Origin: an uncultured archaeon
GTDB taxonomy: Archaea; Iainarchaeota; Iainarchaeia; Iainarchaeales; 0-14-0-20-30-16
Length of the DNA: 32,000 nt
Direction: 5' to 3'
Assembly (NCBI GenBank): GCA_964595665.1
Contig: CAZQQS010000001.1
Location: 30,001 to 62,000 of the forward strand
The notes under the pieces were generated by a model. The model had not been told where the DNA came from. It saw nothing but the letters and a program-made list of their open reading frames with translations, and did no database searches. Position 1 is the first letter of the stretch. Each line of letters opens with the position of its first letter. This document shows positions 1 to 9,901 of the stretch, piece by piece. Both the position numbers and the translations under genes were made by a program.

Positions 1-261
1 GAATTATTAACAAGTATAGTTATGAATCCTAGTATTCCTGATTGGATGGTTAATAGAAAAAGAGATTTGTATGATGGAAAAACAAAACACATTACAGGTT
101 CAGATTTGATTTTTACAATTAGAGAAGATAAACAAAGATTAAGTAGAATAAAATCTCGAAGAGGTATGAGATTACAAGCTGCTTTGCCAGTAAGAGGACA
201 AAAAACAAAATCTAACTTTAGAAGAAAGCAAGGTGTTGTTGGAGTTGTTAAAAAGAAGTAA
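1..261 (+). CDS. rps13: ribosomal protein uS13, C-terminal part (5' end cut by window edge)
   Basis: Frame 1 is open from base 1. The C-terminus RRGMRLQAALPVRGQKTKSNFRRKQG matches the uS13 YRG..H..GLPVRGQRTKT signature. It sits at the head of the S13-S4-S11-RpoD cluster. Confidence 0.85.
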   Translation, partial: ELLTSIVMNPSIPDWMVNRKRDLYDGKTKHITGSDLIFTIREDKQRLSRIKSRRGMRLQAALPVRGQKTKSNFRRKQGVVGVVKKK

Positions 262-273
262 TAGGTGATATTT

Positions 274-900
274 ATGGGTGATCCAAAAAAAATTAGAAAG
301 AAGTATGATAAACCAAAAAGACCTTGGGATAAGTCTAGAATTGTTTTAGAAAAAGATTTATTATTAAAATATGGTTTAGTTTCTAAAAAAGAATTAAGAA
401 TTATGGAAGGAATTATTGGTAAAAAAAGAGCAACAGTTAAAAATTTATTAACTGCTCCTCAAGAAGTTGCTGAAAAAGGAAGACAAGAATTAGTATCTTC
501 ATTAAATAAAATAGGATTGGTTTCAAAAGATGCAACATTCACAGATATTTTAGGATTAACTGTTCAAGATATATTAGAAAGAAGATTACAAACTATAGTA
601 TATAGAATGGGTTTAGCAACTACTGTAAAACAAGCAAGACAATTTATTACACATGGTTTAATTGTAATAAATGGTAGAAGAATAACTATTCCAAGTTATA
701 TAGTTACATCTGATGAAGAAAAAGCAATAGGTTATTTTGGAAATAAAAAACCAAAGATTTTAGAATTGGAAATGAAAAAACCAGAATTGCATAAAACTGC
801 TAAAACAGAGTCAAAAGTTGTAGATGAAAAAACTGAAGAATTAGTTGATGAAGTTTTAGAAGATAACGAAGTAGAAGTTATTGAAGAAGAGAGTGATTAA
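274..900 (+). CDS. rps4: ribosomal protein uS4 (archaeal S4/S9e type) with acidic C-terminal tail
   Basis: MGDPKKIRKKYDKPKRPW N-terminus and an S4 RNA-binding domain (RLQTIVYRMGLATTVKQARQFITHGLIVINGRRITIPSY). AGGTGAT SD at 262-268 precedes ATG 274, so the track start at 265 is a GTG inside the SD. Confidence 0.9.
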   Translation: MGDPKKIRKKYDKPKRPWDKSRIVLEKDLLLKYGLVSKKELRIMEGIIGKKRATVKNLLTAPQEVAEKGRQELVSSLNKIGLVSKDATFTDILGLTVQDILERRLQTIVYRMGLATTVKQARQFITHGLIVINGRRITIPSYIVTSDEEKAIGYFGNKKPKILELEMKKPELHKTAKTESKVVDEKTEELVDEVLEDNEVEVIEEESD

Positions 901-901
901 A

Positions 902-1285
902 ATGAAAGTTGCAATTGTACATATTTTTTCAACTTATAATAATACAAAAATGTTAGCTACTGATGTAACAGGTGCAGAAACTTTAGCAAAAAGTTCTGGT
1001 GGTATAGTAACTAAAAGTCAACACAAACAAGGTTCACCATATGTTGCTATGAAAATGGCTGAACAAATATCATCAACATTAAAAACAAAAGGTTATGATA
1101 ATATTGTAGTTAAAGTAAGAGCTACTGGTGGAATTAAAGCAAAGAATCCTGGACAAGGTGCAGATGCTGCTATAACTTCATTAACTAGAAGTGGAATGAA
1201 TATTGTTGAAATTGAAAATGTTACTCCATTACCACATGATGGATGTAGACCAAAGAAAAAATACTTATCTAAGAAAAAACAGTAA
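902..1285 (+). CDS. rps11: ribosomal protein uS11
   Basis: MKVAIVHIFSTYNNT...GPGQGADAAITSLTRSGMNIVEIENVTPLPHDGCRPKKK is typical of uS11. ATG 902 lies 1 nt after the S4 stop and follows a GAGTGAT SD. Confidence 0.9.
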   Translation: MKVAIVHIFSTYNNTKMLATDVTGAETLAKSSGGIVTKSQHKQGSPYVAMKMAEQISSTLKTKGYDNIVVKVRATGGIKAKNPGQGADAAITSLTRSGMNIVEIENVTPLPHDGCRPKKKYLSKKKQ

Positions 1286-1303
1286 ATAGGATATGGGGAT
1301 TTT

Positions 1304-2143
1304 ATGCAAGTTAAATTTTTAAAGAAAAATGGTTTTGAATATAAATTTTTATTAGAAGATACTAGAAATGATATTTTAAATGCTATTAGAAGAACTATAT
1401 TATTACATGTTCCAACTTTTGCTGTAACAAAAGTTTCAATATATAAAAATGAAGGTGTAATGTTAGATGAAATGTTAGCTAGTAGATTAGGATTAGTTCC
1501 TATTTATGCTTCTGAAGTTGATGATAGTGAACACCATTTGTATTTAAAGAAAAATAATGGTATGGTTTATTCTGGGGATATTACTACAACTGGAATATTA
1601 GAAATACCTTTAAAAAATATACCTATAACTTTATTAAAAGAGAATAAAAATTTGGAATTAGAATTAACTGTTAAAAAAGGATATGGTAAAGATCATGTTA
1701 AATTTAGTCCAGCAAATGTATATTTTAATAATTTGCCAGAATTAAAACAGAAAGGCGATGTAGATATTAAAATATGTCCAAAAAATATTTTTGAAAAAAA
1801 AGCAAATAAAATATTTTTAAAAGATCCTTATAGTTGTGATTTGTGTAGATATTGTGAAGATAAATCAAATGGAAATATACAAATATTATTAAATGATGAA
1901 AAATTTGTATTAAATATAATTCCATTTGGAAGTTTAGATTTAAAAACTATAATTATAGAAACATATAATCATTTAAATAATGAATTAAATGAATTAAAAG
2001 CCAGTTTAAATTTAGAACCCAAAAGTTCAAAATCTAAACAGGTTGTTGAAAGCTCTTCTGAAAAAGAAGCCATTTCAACACAACTAAAAGTTAAAGAAGT
2101 AAAAGAAAAGAAAACAACAACTAAAAAACCAAAAAAAGAATAA
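1304..2143 (+). CDS. rpoD: DNA-directed RNA polymerase subunit D (Rpo3) with Lys-rich C-terminal tail
   Basis: Conserved position after S11. Cys cluster CPKNIF...CDLCRYCEDKS resembles the Rpo3 Fe-S/ferredoxin-like insert. SD GGGGAT lies 3 nt upstream of the ATG. Confidence 0.8.
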   Translation: MQVKFLKKNGFEYKFLLEDTRNDILNAIRRTILLHVPTFAVTKVSIYKNEGVMLDEMLASRLGLVPIYASEVDDSEHHLYLKKNNGMVYSGDITTTGILEIPLKNIPITLLKENKNLELELTVKKGYGKDHVKFSPANVYFNNLPELKQKGDVDIKICPKNIFEKKANKIFLKDPYSCDLCRYCEDKSNGNIQILLNDEKFVLNIIPFGSLDLKTIIIETYNHLNNELNELKASLNLEPKSSKSKQVVESSSEKEAISTQLKVKEVKEKKTTTKKPKKE

Positions 2144-2165
2144 ATCTTTCTGAGAAAGATTTTGT

Positions 2166-2248
2166 GCAGGGGTTCCAGAGTGGTCAAATGGGCAGGGCTT
2201 AAGACCCTGTGGCGCAGGCCTTCGAGAGTTCGAACCTCTCCCCCTGCA
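2166..2248 (+). tRNA. tRNA-Leu (anticodon TAA), class II with long variable arm
   Basis: Cloverleaf read by eye. Acceptor gcagggg/cccctgc; anticodon stem caggg/ccctg with loop cttaaga; variable arm tggcgcaggccttc; T arm gagag-ttcgaac-ctctc; discriminator A. CCA is not encoded. Confidence 0.9.
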
Positions 2249-2249
2249 T

Positions 2250-2332
2250 CTACATTCTTCTGCGAAGTATGTAGTGTAACCCCCTAGAATGCGGGTTGTT
2301 GCTGTACTTACAGCAAAGCTTCTAAAAGAAGC
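2250..2332 (+). other. cluster of four consecutive stem-loops directly 3' of tRNA-Leu (possible small structured RNA or leader/terminator)
   Basis: Four stem-loops: ctacat-t-cttc-tgc-gaag-t-atgtag (2250-2274); aaccc..gggtt (2278-2297); ttgctgt-actt-acagcaa (2299-2316); gcttc-taaaa-gaagc (2318-2332). The stretch is noticeably more GC-rich than other spacers. Confidence 0.35.
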
Positions 2333-2369
2333 ATAGAAATATGATATTTATATTAGAGGATGAGATATT

Positions 2370-2735
2370 ATGAAACACAATCTATTAGAAGATGTAAAGA
2401 AAAATATGATTTTAGATTTAAAAAAGAAAGGAAGAGAAACAAAGCAAGATTTTTATTTGGCTTTGTCTAAAGCATTAGATACTAGTGCAAGAAGAGATAT
2501 ATCTGTAAACATATATGCATTAGATAAATTTGCAAAGAAACATCCCGAAAAAACATTTTTAATTGCTGGAACTTTGTTGGGATTTGGAGAATTGAATTCT
2601 AAAGTAAATGTTTATTCTTTTAAAATTTCAAAAAATGCTATGGATAAAATTAAAGGTAAAAAAGGAACTGCAAAAGATTTTAATGAATTATTAAAAGCTA
2701 AATTAGAATCTAAAGATATAATGATATTAAAATAA
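2370..2735 (+). CDS. rpl18e: ribosomal protein L18e
   Basis: Conserved position between rpoD and L13. Size (121 aa) and the ISVNIYALDKF...IAGTLLGFGEL pattern fit archaeal L18e. GAGGATGA SD lies upstream. Confidence 0.8.
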   Translation: MKHNLLEDVKKNMILDLKKKGRETKQDFYLALSKALDTSARRDISVNIYALDKFAKKHPEKTFLIAGTLLGFGELNSKVNVYSFKISKNAMDKIKGKKGTAKDFNELLKAKLESKDIMILK

Positions 2736-2744
2736 GGTGAGCTT

Positions 2745-3239
2745 ATGGAAACTAAAGTTAAAAAAACTGAGAAGAAAGTTGTTGTAAAACCAGTAAAAAA
2801 GAAAATAGTTAAAAGAGAATTAAAATTAGCAAATTATGATGCTACAAATATGGTTTTAGGTAGATTATCTTCTGCAATTGCAAAAAAATTAATGATGGGT
2901 TATAAAATTAATGTTTATAATGTTGAAAAATGTGTTGTTACAGGCGATGCAAAAGTATTAGTTGAAGAATATACTGTAAAATTAAATTTTAGAGGAAAAG
3001 GAAACCCAGAAAAAGGTCCAAAATATCCTAGATCTCCTGAAAGAATGTTTAAAAAAGCAGTATTAAGAATGTTGCCTCATAAAAAAGCAACTGGTAGAGA
3101 AGCAATTAAAAATTTTAAAGCTTACTTATTTAATGAAGATAATGTTAAATTAGATGTAATAAAAGATGCACAATTAAAACAAGGTGTAAAATATATTGAA
3201 TTAGGTGCTTTAAGTACAAAATTAGGATTTAAATGGTGA
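2745..3239 (+). CDS. rpl13: ribosomal protein uL13 with Lys-rich N-terminal extension
   Basis: GRLSSAIAKKLMMGYKINVYNVEKCVVTG and the ...RMLPHKKATGREA motifs. GGTGAG SD lies upstream. Confidence 0.9.
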   Translation: METKVKKTEKKVVVKPVKKKIVKRELKLANYDATNMVLGRLSSAIAKKLMMGYKINVYNVEKCVVTGDAKVLVEEYTVKLNFRGKGNPEKGPKYPRSPERMFKKAVLRMLPHKKATGREAIKNFKAYLFNEDNVKLDVIKDAQLKQGVKYIELGALSTKLGFKW

Positions 3240-3244
3240 TTTTA

Positions 3245-3808
3245 ATGGCTGATTATGCTCCAAGAGGAAGAGGATTTAGAAGACCTCAAACAGAATATGT
3301 TGAAGATACTAAAAAAGAACCTACAAAACAACCAAGAAAAAAATTAACTGCTTTACCAAAATCTTTAGAAAACCCAGTTTTTATAAAAGCTAAAAAAGGT
3401 AAAGTTTTACACGTTTCAAGTAAAAGAAAAAGTGCTATTGGAAGAGCAAGTGTAAAATCTGGAAAAGGTAGAATTGTAATTAATAAAGTGCCATATACTT
3501 TGATTACTAACAAATATATTTTAGATATGGTTAGAGAACCTTTAATGATTGTTGAAGAATATAAAAAAGATTTATTAAATAAAGTTGATATTGAAATAGT
3601 AGTTAATGGTGGAGGCCAAATGGGTCAATCAACTGTTGCTAGAAATTGTATTGCAAGAGCATTTGTACAATTTTTTGATGATGTAGATTTAGCTGAAAAA
3701 ATAATGGTATATAACAGAAGTTTTTTAGTTGATGATGTAAGAAGAGTTGAATCTAAAAAGCCGTTAGGACCAAAAGCTAGAGCTAAAAAACAACACTCTA
3801 AGAGATAG
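3245..3808 (+). CDS. rps9: ribosomal protein uS9 with N-terminal extension
   Basis: GGGQMGQSTVARNCIARAF and the C-terminus KKPLGPKARAKKQHSKR. GGTGAT at 3235-3240 is followed by ATG 3245, so the track start at 3233 lies in the SD. Confidence 0.9.
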   Translation: MADYAPRGRGFRRPQTEYVEDTKKEPTKQPRKKLTALPKSLENPVFIKAKKGKVLHVSSKRKSAIGRASVKSGKGRIVINKVPYTLITNKYILDMVREPLMIVEEYKKDLLNKVDIEIVVNGGGQMGQSTVARNCIARAFVQFFDDVDLAEKIMVYNRSFLVDDVRRVESKKPLGPKARAKKQHSKR

Positions 3809-3822
3809 ATCGAGGGATAAAA

Positions 3823-4017
3823 ATGTTAATGCCTGTTAGATGTTTTAGTTGTGGTTTTCCAGTTGCTGAGTATTATGATAAATATCATGATTTAGTAAAA
3901 AAAGGGAAATCTCAAAAAGAAGCATTAGATGAATTAAAAATTGAAAAGTATTGTTGTAGAAGAATGCTTTTATCTAATGTAGATTATATACATGAACTTT
4001 TAAAATATCAAAAGTGA
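3823..4017 (+). CDS. rpoN: RNA polymerase subunit N (Rpo10)
   Basis: MPVRCFSCG...CCRRMLLSNVD zinc-binding signature in a 64-aa protein. Confidence 0.9.
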   Translation: MLMPVRCFSCGFPVAEYYDKYHDLVKKGKSQKEALDELKIEKYCCRRMLLSNVDYIHELLKYQK

Positions 4018-4021
4018 TGCT

Positions 4022-5215
4022 ATGAAAGTAAATATTCAGAAAATTTTTGATAGTAGAGGAATGCCAACAATTATGGCATATTTTTATTATAAAAATGAAA
4101 GAATATTTGCAATTAGTCCTGCTGGAAAAAGTACAGGTGTACATGAAGTTCAAGTTTATCCTTTGGATAAAAAAGGAAAAGTAAATATAGATTTAAGTTT
4201 TAAATTTTTTGAAGAAAATAGAAAAGCAATAGAAGAAGCATTTGAATTTGATGACCAAGAAGAATTTGATTCTTTATTAGAAGAGTTAGATGAAACAAAT
4301 AATTTTTCTGATATGGGTGGAAATTTATCTACTGTATTGTCAATGTTATTTGCAAAATTGCAAGCTAAAAAAAAGAATTTAGAATTATATGAATATTTAA
4401 ATCCAAAAGCCAAAATAAAAGATTTGCCTAAGCCATTAGGAAATGTTGTTGGTGGAGGATTACATTCAAATAATAAAATTTCTATTCAAGAATTTTTAGT
4501 TTTGAATGAAGAAAAAAAAGCATTAAAAAATATTCAAATGAATATTGATGTTTATCATGAAATAGAAAATATATTAAAAAGTAAAAGAAAGTTTTTTGGT
4601 AAAAACGATGAAGGTGCAATATCATTTCAAGCAAATTCATTTGAAGTTTTAGATGTAATTGAACAAGCAATAAAGAATTTAGGTTATAAATCTAAAATTG
4701 GATTAGATATTGCTGCAAGTTCATTTTACAAAAACAAAAAATATGAATTTGAAGGAAAAAAATATTCTGAAAGCGAATATTTACAAGTATTATTAGATAT
4801 GCTTAAAAATTATAAGGGCATATATTATATTGAAGATCCTTTTGATGAAGAATCTTTTGGTGCATTTGCATCTTTGCAAAAGAAAACTAAATCTTTAATT
4901 TGTGGTGATGATTTATTTACTACAAATAAAGAAAGATTAATGCAAGGAATAAAAAATAAATCTGCAAAAGCAATATTGATAAAACCAAATCAAATTGGTA
5001 CAATAAGTAAAACAATAGAAACTGTGAATTATGCAAAAAAGCATGATATTATACCAGTTATATCTCATAGATCTGGTGAAAGTATAGATAATACTATAGC
5101 ACATTTAGCTGTTGGATTATCTATTCCATATATAAAAACCGGAACAGTTTCTGGTGAACGTTTAGCTAAGTTAAACGAATTAATATTTATAGAAAATAGA
5201 ATTGAGGATAAATAA
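4022..5215 (+). CDS. eno: enolase (short, divergent)
   Basis: Motifs IFDSRGMPT, IEDPFDEE, GDDLFTTN, IKPNQIGT, SHRSGESIDN and RLAKLNELIFIE. The start lies 4 nt after the rpoN stop. Confidence 0.85.
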   Translation: MKVNIQKIFDSRGMPTIMAYFYYKNERIFAISPAGKSTGVHEVQVYPLDKKGKVNIDLSFKFFEENRKAIEEAFEFDDQEEFDSLLEELDETNNFSDMGGNLSTVLSMLFAKLQAKKKNLELYEYLNPKAKIKDLPKPLGNVVGGGLHSNNKISIQEFLVLNEEKKALKNIQMNIDVYHEIENILKSKRKFFGKNDEGAISFQANSFEVLDVIEQAIKNLGYKSKIGLDIAASSFYKNKKYEFEGKKYSESEYLQVLLDMLKNYKGIYYIEDPFDEESFGAFASLQKKTKSLICGDDLFTTNKERLMQGIKNKSAKAILIKPNQIGTISKTIETVNYAKKHDIIPVISHRSGESIDNTIAHLAVGLSIPYIKTGTVSGERLAKLNELIFIENRIEDK

Positions 5216-5232
5216 TTATATTAGGTGAGGAC

Positions 5233-5901
5233 ATGAGTAAAGATTTATTAATTTCTCCTGAAGAATATTTAAAATCAGGAATCCATATAGGTACACGATA
5301 TAAAGCAAAAACTATGAATAAATACATCTATAAATTAAGAAAAGATGGTTTAAAAGTTTTTTCAATTGAAGATATTGATGAAAAAATAAGATATTTAGCA
5401 AAGTTTTTAGCAAATTATGATATTGAAAAAGTTGCAATGGTTGGTCGAAGGATATTTGCAAAAACAGCTATTGAACAATTTTGTAAAATAACTGGTGCAA
5501 AAGCATATACTGGAAGATTTATTCCTGGATTATTTACTAATGCACAAAATAGAAACTTTTTTGAGCCAGATTTAATATTTATTGCTGAATCAAATTTAGA
5601 TAAACAAGCAATTATGGAAGCAAAATCTTTGAATGTTCCTGTAGTTGCATTAAGTAGTGCAAATAATTCTGCTAAAAATATAGATTTTATAGTTCCAAGT
5701 AATAATAAAGGTAAGAAAAGTATTGCTTTATTATTTTGGTTATTAACAAGAGAATACCAAATGATTAAAGGAATTATAAAATCAAGAGATGATTTTAAAT
5801 ATGTTGTAGATGATTTTGAATATAAAGGAAAAGTTAAAGTTTATAAGCAAGAGTCAAATACTTCAAGAAGACCTATGAGAGGTAAAGCTCCAAGATATTA
5901 A
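5233..5901 (+). CDS. rps2: ribosomal protein uS2
   Basis: YLKSGIHIGT start and conserved position after enolase. AGGTGAGG SD lies upstream. Confidence 0.85.
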   Translation: MSKDLLISPEEYLKSGIHIGTRYKAKTMNKYIYKLRKDGLKVFSIEDIDEKIRYLAKFLANYDIEKVAMVGRRIFAKTAIEQFCKITGAKAYTGRFIPGLFTNAQNRNFFEPDLIFIAESNLDKQAIMEAKSLNVPVVALSSANNSAKNIDFIVPSNNKGKKSIALLFWLLTREYQMIKGIIKSRDDFKYVVDDFEYKGKVKVYKQESNTSRRPMRGKAPRY

Positions 5902-5918
5902 AATCTTAGTGATAGAAA

Positions 5919-8771
5919 ATGTCTGAAATCCAAACTGTAGAACAAAAAGAAAAAAGAGTTTTGGATTTCTGGCAAACTAATTTTATTTTTGAAAAGAGTT
6001 TAGAAAAAACTAAAGACTCTAAGCCATATATTTTTTATGATGGTCCTCCATTTGCTACAGGAACTCCACATTATGGGCATTTATTAGCATCAGTTTTGAA
6101 AGATGTATTCCCAAGATATTTTACTATGCAAAATAGATATGTAAAAAGAGTTTGGGGTTGGGATTGTCATGGTTTACCTATTGAGAATATTGCTGAAAAA
6201 GAATTAGGTATTAATTCGAAAGATGAAATTGAAAAATTAGGTGTAAAAAAATTTAATAATTTTTGTAGAAGTAAAGTTTTAACCTATGCTAATGATTGGA
6301 AATATTTTGTTGATAGAATTGGAAGATGGGTAGAATTTGATAATTCTTATAAAACAATGGATAATAATTATATTGAAAGTGTTTGGTGGGCTTTTAAACA
6401 ATTATATGATAAAGGTTACATTTATGAGGGCGAAAAAATTTTAATGTATTGCCCAAGGTGTTCTACTCCATTAGCAAAATCAGAAATTGCTATGGACAAT
6501 TCGTATAAAATTGTAAAAGATTTAACTGTTGTTTTAAAATTTAAATTAAAAGAAAAAATAAATGATAATGATGTGTATGCTTTAGCGTGGACAACAACTC
6601 CTTGGACTTTACCTTCAAATTTAGCATTAACTGTTAATCCAGATTTAATTTATTCTTATATTAAAGATAAAACTGATAATACAATTTATTTATTGGGTAA
6701 AGATTTAATATCTAAATTTTTTAAGAGTGAAGAAGAATATGAAACAATAAAAGAAATAAAAGGAAAAGAATTAGAAGGTAAAGAATTTGAACCATTGTTT
6801 CCTTATTTTGCAAATACTGAAAATGCATTTAAATTTTTATTAGCTGATTTTGTTACTGCTGAAGATGGTACTGGTATAGTACATACAGCACCAGCATTTG
6901 GTGAAGATGATAATGTTGTTTGTAGAAAATATAAAATTCCTATGGTTCAACCAGTTGATGAAAAAGGTAATTTTACAAACGATGTAAAAGATTTTGCAGG
7001 TAAATACATACATGATGCAAATGAAGAAATAATTAATTTTTTAAAATCTCAAAATAAAGTTATATCTGTAAGAAAATTAGAACATGAATATCCTTTTTGT
7101 TATAGATGTGAAACTAAATTGATGTATAGAGCTTTACCAGCGTGGTTTGTTGATATTCAAAAAATAAAAAATAGATTGCAAGAATTAAATTTAGAAATAA
7201 ATTGGATTCCAGAATATTTGAAAGAAGGTAGAATGCAAAATAATATTTCTACTGCGCCAGATTGGAATATTTCAAGAAATAGATATTGGGCTTCAGCTAT
7301 TCCTATATGGAAAAGTGAAAGTAATAAAATTAAAGTTATAGGTTCAATTGAAGAATTAAAAAAATATGCAATTAATTTGCCTGCTGAAGAAATAGATTTA
7401 CATAAAGATTATTTAGATGAAATTATTTTAAAAGTTAATAATGAAGAATATAAAAGAATACCGGAAGTTATGGATTGTTGGTTTGAGTCAGGATCAATGA
7501 CTTTTGCGCAATTCCATTATCCTTTTGAAAATAAAGAATTTTTTGATAAGAATTTTCCAGCACAATTTGTTGTAGAATATATAGGACAAACAAGAGCTTG
7601 GTTTTATTATATGATTGTATTATCAGCTATTTTGTTTGATAAAATACCTTTTGAAAATGTTTTAACTACTGGAACTATTTTAGCAGAAGATGGACAAAAA
7701 ATGAGTAAGAGTAAAAAGAATTATCCAGATCCAAATATAGTTGTAAATAAATATGGTGCAGACGCATTAAGATTTTATTTGTTATCTAGTGCTTTAATGT
7801 CTGGAGATAATTTTAATTTTGCTGAAAAAGGTGTTGAAGAGATTTATAAGAAAGTATCTTTGTTATATTATAACGTAAATAATTTTTATGCTTTGTATAA
7901 AGATAATTCTAAAATAGAATTACCAAATTCAAAAAATATTTTGGATTCTTGGATTATTGCTAAAACTCATAATTTAATTAAAGAATGTGAGATTAATTAT
8001 GAGAAATATGATACTATAAATTTAGCAAAAGAAATTAGAAGTTTTATTGATGATGATTTATCTACTTGGTATGTTAGAAGATGTAGAGATCGATTTAATG
8101 ATGGTGATAAAGATGCACAAAAAACATTAGCATATGTTTTAAGTGAAAGTTCAAAAGTTATTGCTCCATTAATGCCATTTGTTTCAGAATATGTTTATCA
8201 AACAGTTTATTCTGAAAAAGAATCTGTACATTTACAAGATTTTCCAAAATATGATGAAAAATTAATTAATAAAGAGTTAATTGAAAATATGAAGATTGTT
8301 AGAAATATTGTTTCATTAGCATTAAAAGAAAGAGAGTTAGTAAAGATTTCATTAAAACAACCTTTACAAGAATTAATTGTTACTGGTATAACTTTAGAAC
8401 AAGAATATTTGGATATAATTGCTGATGAATTAAATGTTAAGAAAATAGTTTTAGGAAATAAAGAAGAGAAAGAAATTTTTGTAAAATTAAATACTGAAAT
8501 TACTCCAGAATTAGAAGCAGAGGGTTCTGCAAGAGAATTATCAAGAGGCATTCAAGCATATAGAAAACAATTAGGTTTGCAACAAAAAGATTTAATAGAT
8601 TTGGAATTAGTTTTAGATTCTGAATTACAAGTTAAACTAACTCCTCAAAAAGAGTTTATTGCGAAAAGAATTAATGCTAAGTCTTTAATCATGGTTTCAG
8701 AAGCTAAAGATTATAAAAATAAAACTAATTTTAAGTTAAAAGATAAAGAGATTATTATTGCTATTTTGTAA
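5919..8771 (+). CDS. ileS: isoleucyl-tRNA synthetase
   Basis: Class I motifs PPFATGTPHYGHLL and KMSKSKKN. Editing-domain motif WTTTPWTLPSN. ISRNRYWASAIPIW is also present. Confidence 0.9.
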   Translation: MSEIQTVEQKEKRVLDFWQTNFIFEKSLEKTKDSKPYIFYDGPPFATGTPHYGHLLASVLKDVFPRYFTMQNRYVKRVWGWDCHGLPIENIAEKELGINSKDEIEKLGVKKFNNFCRSKVLTYANDWKYFVDRIGRWVEFDNSYKTMDNNYIESVWWAFKQLYDKGYIYEGEKILMYCPRCSTPLAKSEIAMDNSYKIVKDLTVVLKFKLKEKINDNDVYALAWTTTPWTLPSNLALTVNPDLIYSYIKDKTDNTIYLLGKDLISKFFKSEEEYETIKEIKGKELEGKEFEPLFPYFANTENAFKFLLADFVTAEDGTGIVHTAPAFGEDDNVVCRKYKIPMVQPVDEKGNFTNDVKDFAGKYIHDANEEIINFLKSQNKVISVRKLEHEYPFCYRCETKLMYRALPAWFVDIQKIKNRLQELNLEINWIPEYLKEGRMQNNISTAPDWNISRNRYWASAIPIWKSESNKIKVIGSIEELKKYAINLPAEEIDLHKDYLDEIILKVNNEEYKRIPEVMDCWFESGSMTFAQFHYPFENKEFFDKNFPAQFVVEYIGQTRAWFYYMIVLSAILFDKIPFENVLTTGTILAEDGQKMSKSKKNYPDPNIVVNKYGADALRFYLLSSALMSGDNFNFAEKGVEEIYKKVSLLYYNVNNFYALYKDNSKIELPNSKNILDSWIIAKTHNLIKECEINYEKYDTINLAKEIRSFIDDDLSTWYVRRCRDRFNDGDKDAQKTLAYVLSESSKVIAPLMPFVSEYVYQTVYSEKESVHLQDFPKYDEKLINKELIENMKIVRNIVSLALKERELVKISLKQPLQELIVTGITLEQEYLDIIADELNVKKIVLGNKEEKEIFVKLNTEITPELEAEGSARELSRGIQAYRKQLGLQQKDLIDLELVLDSELQVKLTPQKEFIAKRINAKSLIMVSEAKDYKNKTNFKLKDKEIIIAIL

Positions 8772-8831
8772 TGGTTTATATTTTAGTAAAATTTATATAT
8801 TCTTATACCGATTATAATTAATGGTGATTTT

Positions 8832-9389
8832 ATGGTAAATTCAACTGATTTAGATAGATTAATAAGTACTTTTAATAGATTAAGTTTAATTGGGAAAGCA
8901 AATTTTTTATATGGTCTGGAGCAAAAAGTATTAAATAATTATAAAATTAATCCTGATTTAATTCCTGCTTTTTTTGAAATTTATAAAACAAATAAAAAGC
9001 ATTTTGGAGGTAGAATATTATATGTTCTTTCAGAAAGTGTCATAAATGGAGTAAATTTTGAAAATCATGTTGAAGAATTAATTAATTTATTAAAAAAAGA
9101 ACAAAATTTATCGTTTAAAGAGAAATTTATTGGTTTATTAAGAATTGAATTTGCAAGAACTACAGATGTAAATAAATTAAAAACTTATAAAAAATTATTA
9201 ATTGAAAATAATTTAGCTAAAAGTAGAGTTATGGAATTCTTAGATTATCATTTATCAGTTAAATCTGGATTAAAATCTAAACCAATAGATGCTCCTGATG
9301 AGGCATTTAAAGTAATAAAAGATAATATTAGAACAAGAGCTATGAAAGGCCCAAATAGAGTAAAACCATTAACACATATTTTAAAATAA
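8832..9389 (+). CDS. hypothetical protein (185 aa)
   Basis: Long ORF with a GGTGAT SD 3 nt upstream of the ATG. No motif recognised. Confidence 0.5.
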   Translation: MVNSTDLDRLISTFNRLSLIGKANFLYGLEQKVLNNYKINPDLIPAFFEIYKTNKKHFGGRILYVLSESVINGVNFENHVEELINLLKKEQNLSFKEKFIGLLRIEFARTTDVNKLKTYKKLLIENNLAKSRVMEFLDYHLSVKSGLKSKPIDAPDEAFKVIKDNIRTRAMKGPNRVKPLTHILK

Positions 9390-9463
9390 TTTTAGATTCT
9401 TATTTCTAAATAGATTTCAATTTCTTAAGTAAGATTTATATATTTATAAGTTATATTAGTATA

Positions 9464-9901
9464 ATGCCACATAGAAGATTTTTTTCATTTTTAGATAAAT
9501 ATAAGCATGAAAATGTTGAAAATAAGATTGAAAAACCAAAATTGAGTTTGGGACAAAGATCTGCAGATGCAGTAACTGTTTTTGTAGGATCTTGGAAATT
9601 TATTATTATTACTTGTATAGTAATATTTTCTTGGATTTTGGTAAACATTTATTTTGTATTTGTTAGGTGGGATCCATATCCATTTATTTTGTTGAATTTA
9701 ACATTATCTACTTTGGCAACTTTGCATACTCCTATAATTTTAATGAGTCAAAATAGACAAGCAGAAATCGATAGAGTTACTGCTGAATATGATTATAAAG
9801 TAAACATAAAAGCAGAAAAGGAAATAAAAGATATGCAAAAAGATTTAGATCAAATAAAGGTTATGATTCAAGATTTACATTCTAACATAAAGAAAAAGTA
9901 A
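9464..9901 (+). CDS. DUF1003-like membrane protein
   Basis: LGQRSADAVTVFVGSWKFI.., WDPYPFILLNL.LS and SQNRQAEIDR..AE.DY.VN.KAE fit the DUF1003 pattern. No SD is present. A tttatatat TATA-like box lies about 25-30 nt upstream, suggesting a leaderless start. Confidence 0.7.
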   Translation: MPHRRFFSFLDKYKHENVENKIEKPKLSLGQRSADAVTVFVGSWKFIIITCIVIFSWILVNIYFVFVRWDPYPFILLNLTLSTLATLHTPIILMSQNRQAEIDRVTAEYDYKVNIKAEKEIKDMQKDLDQIKVMIQDLHSNIKKK

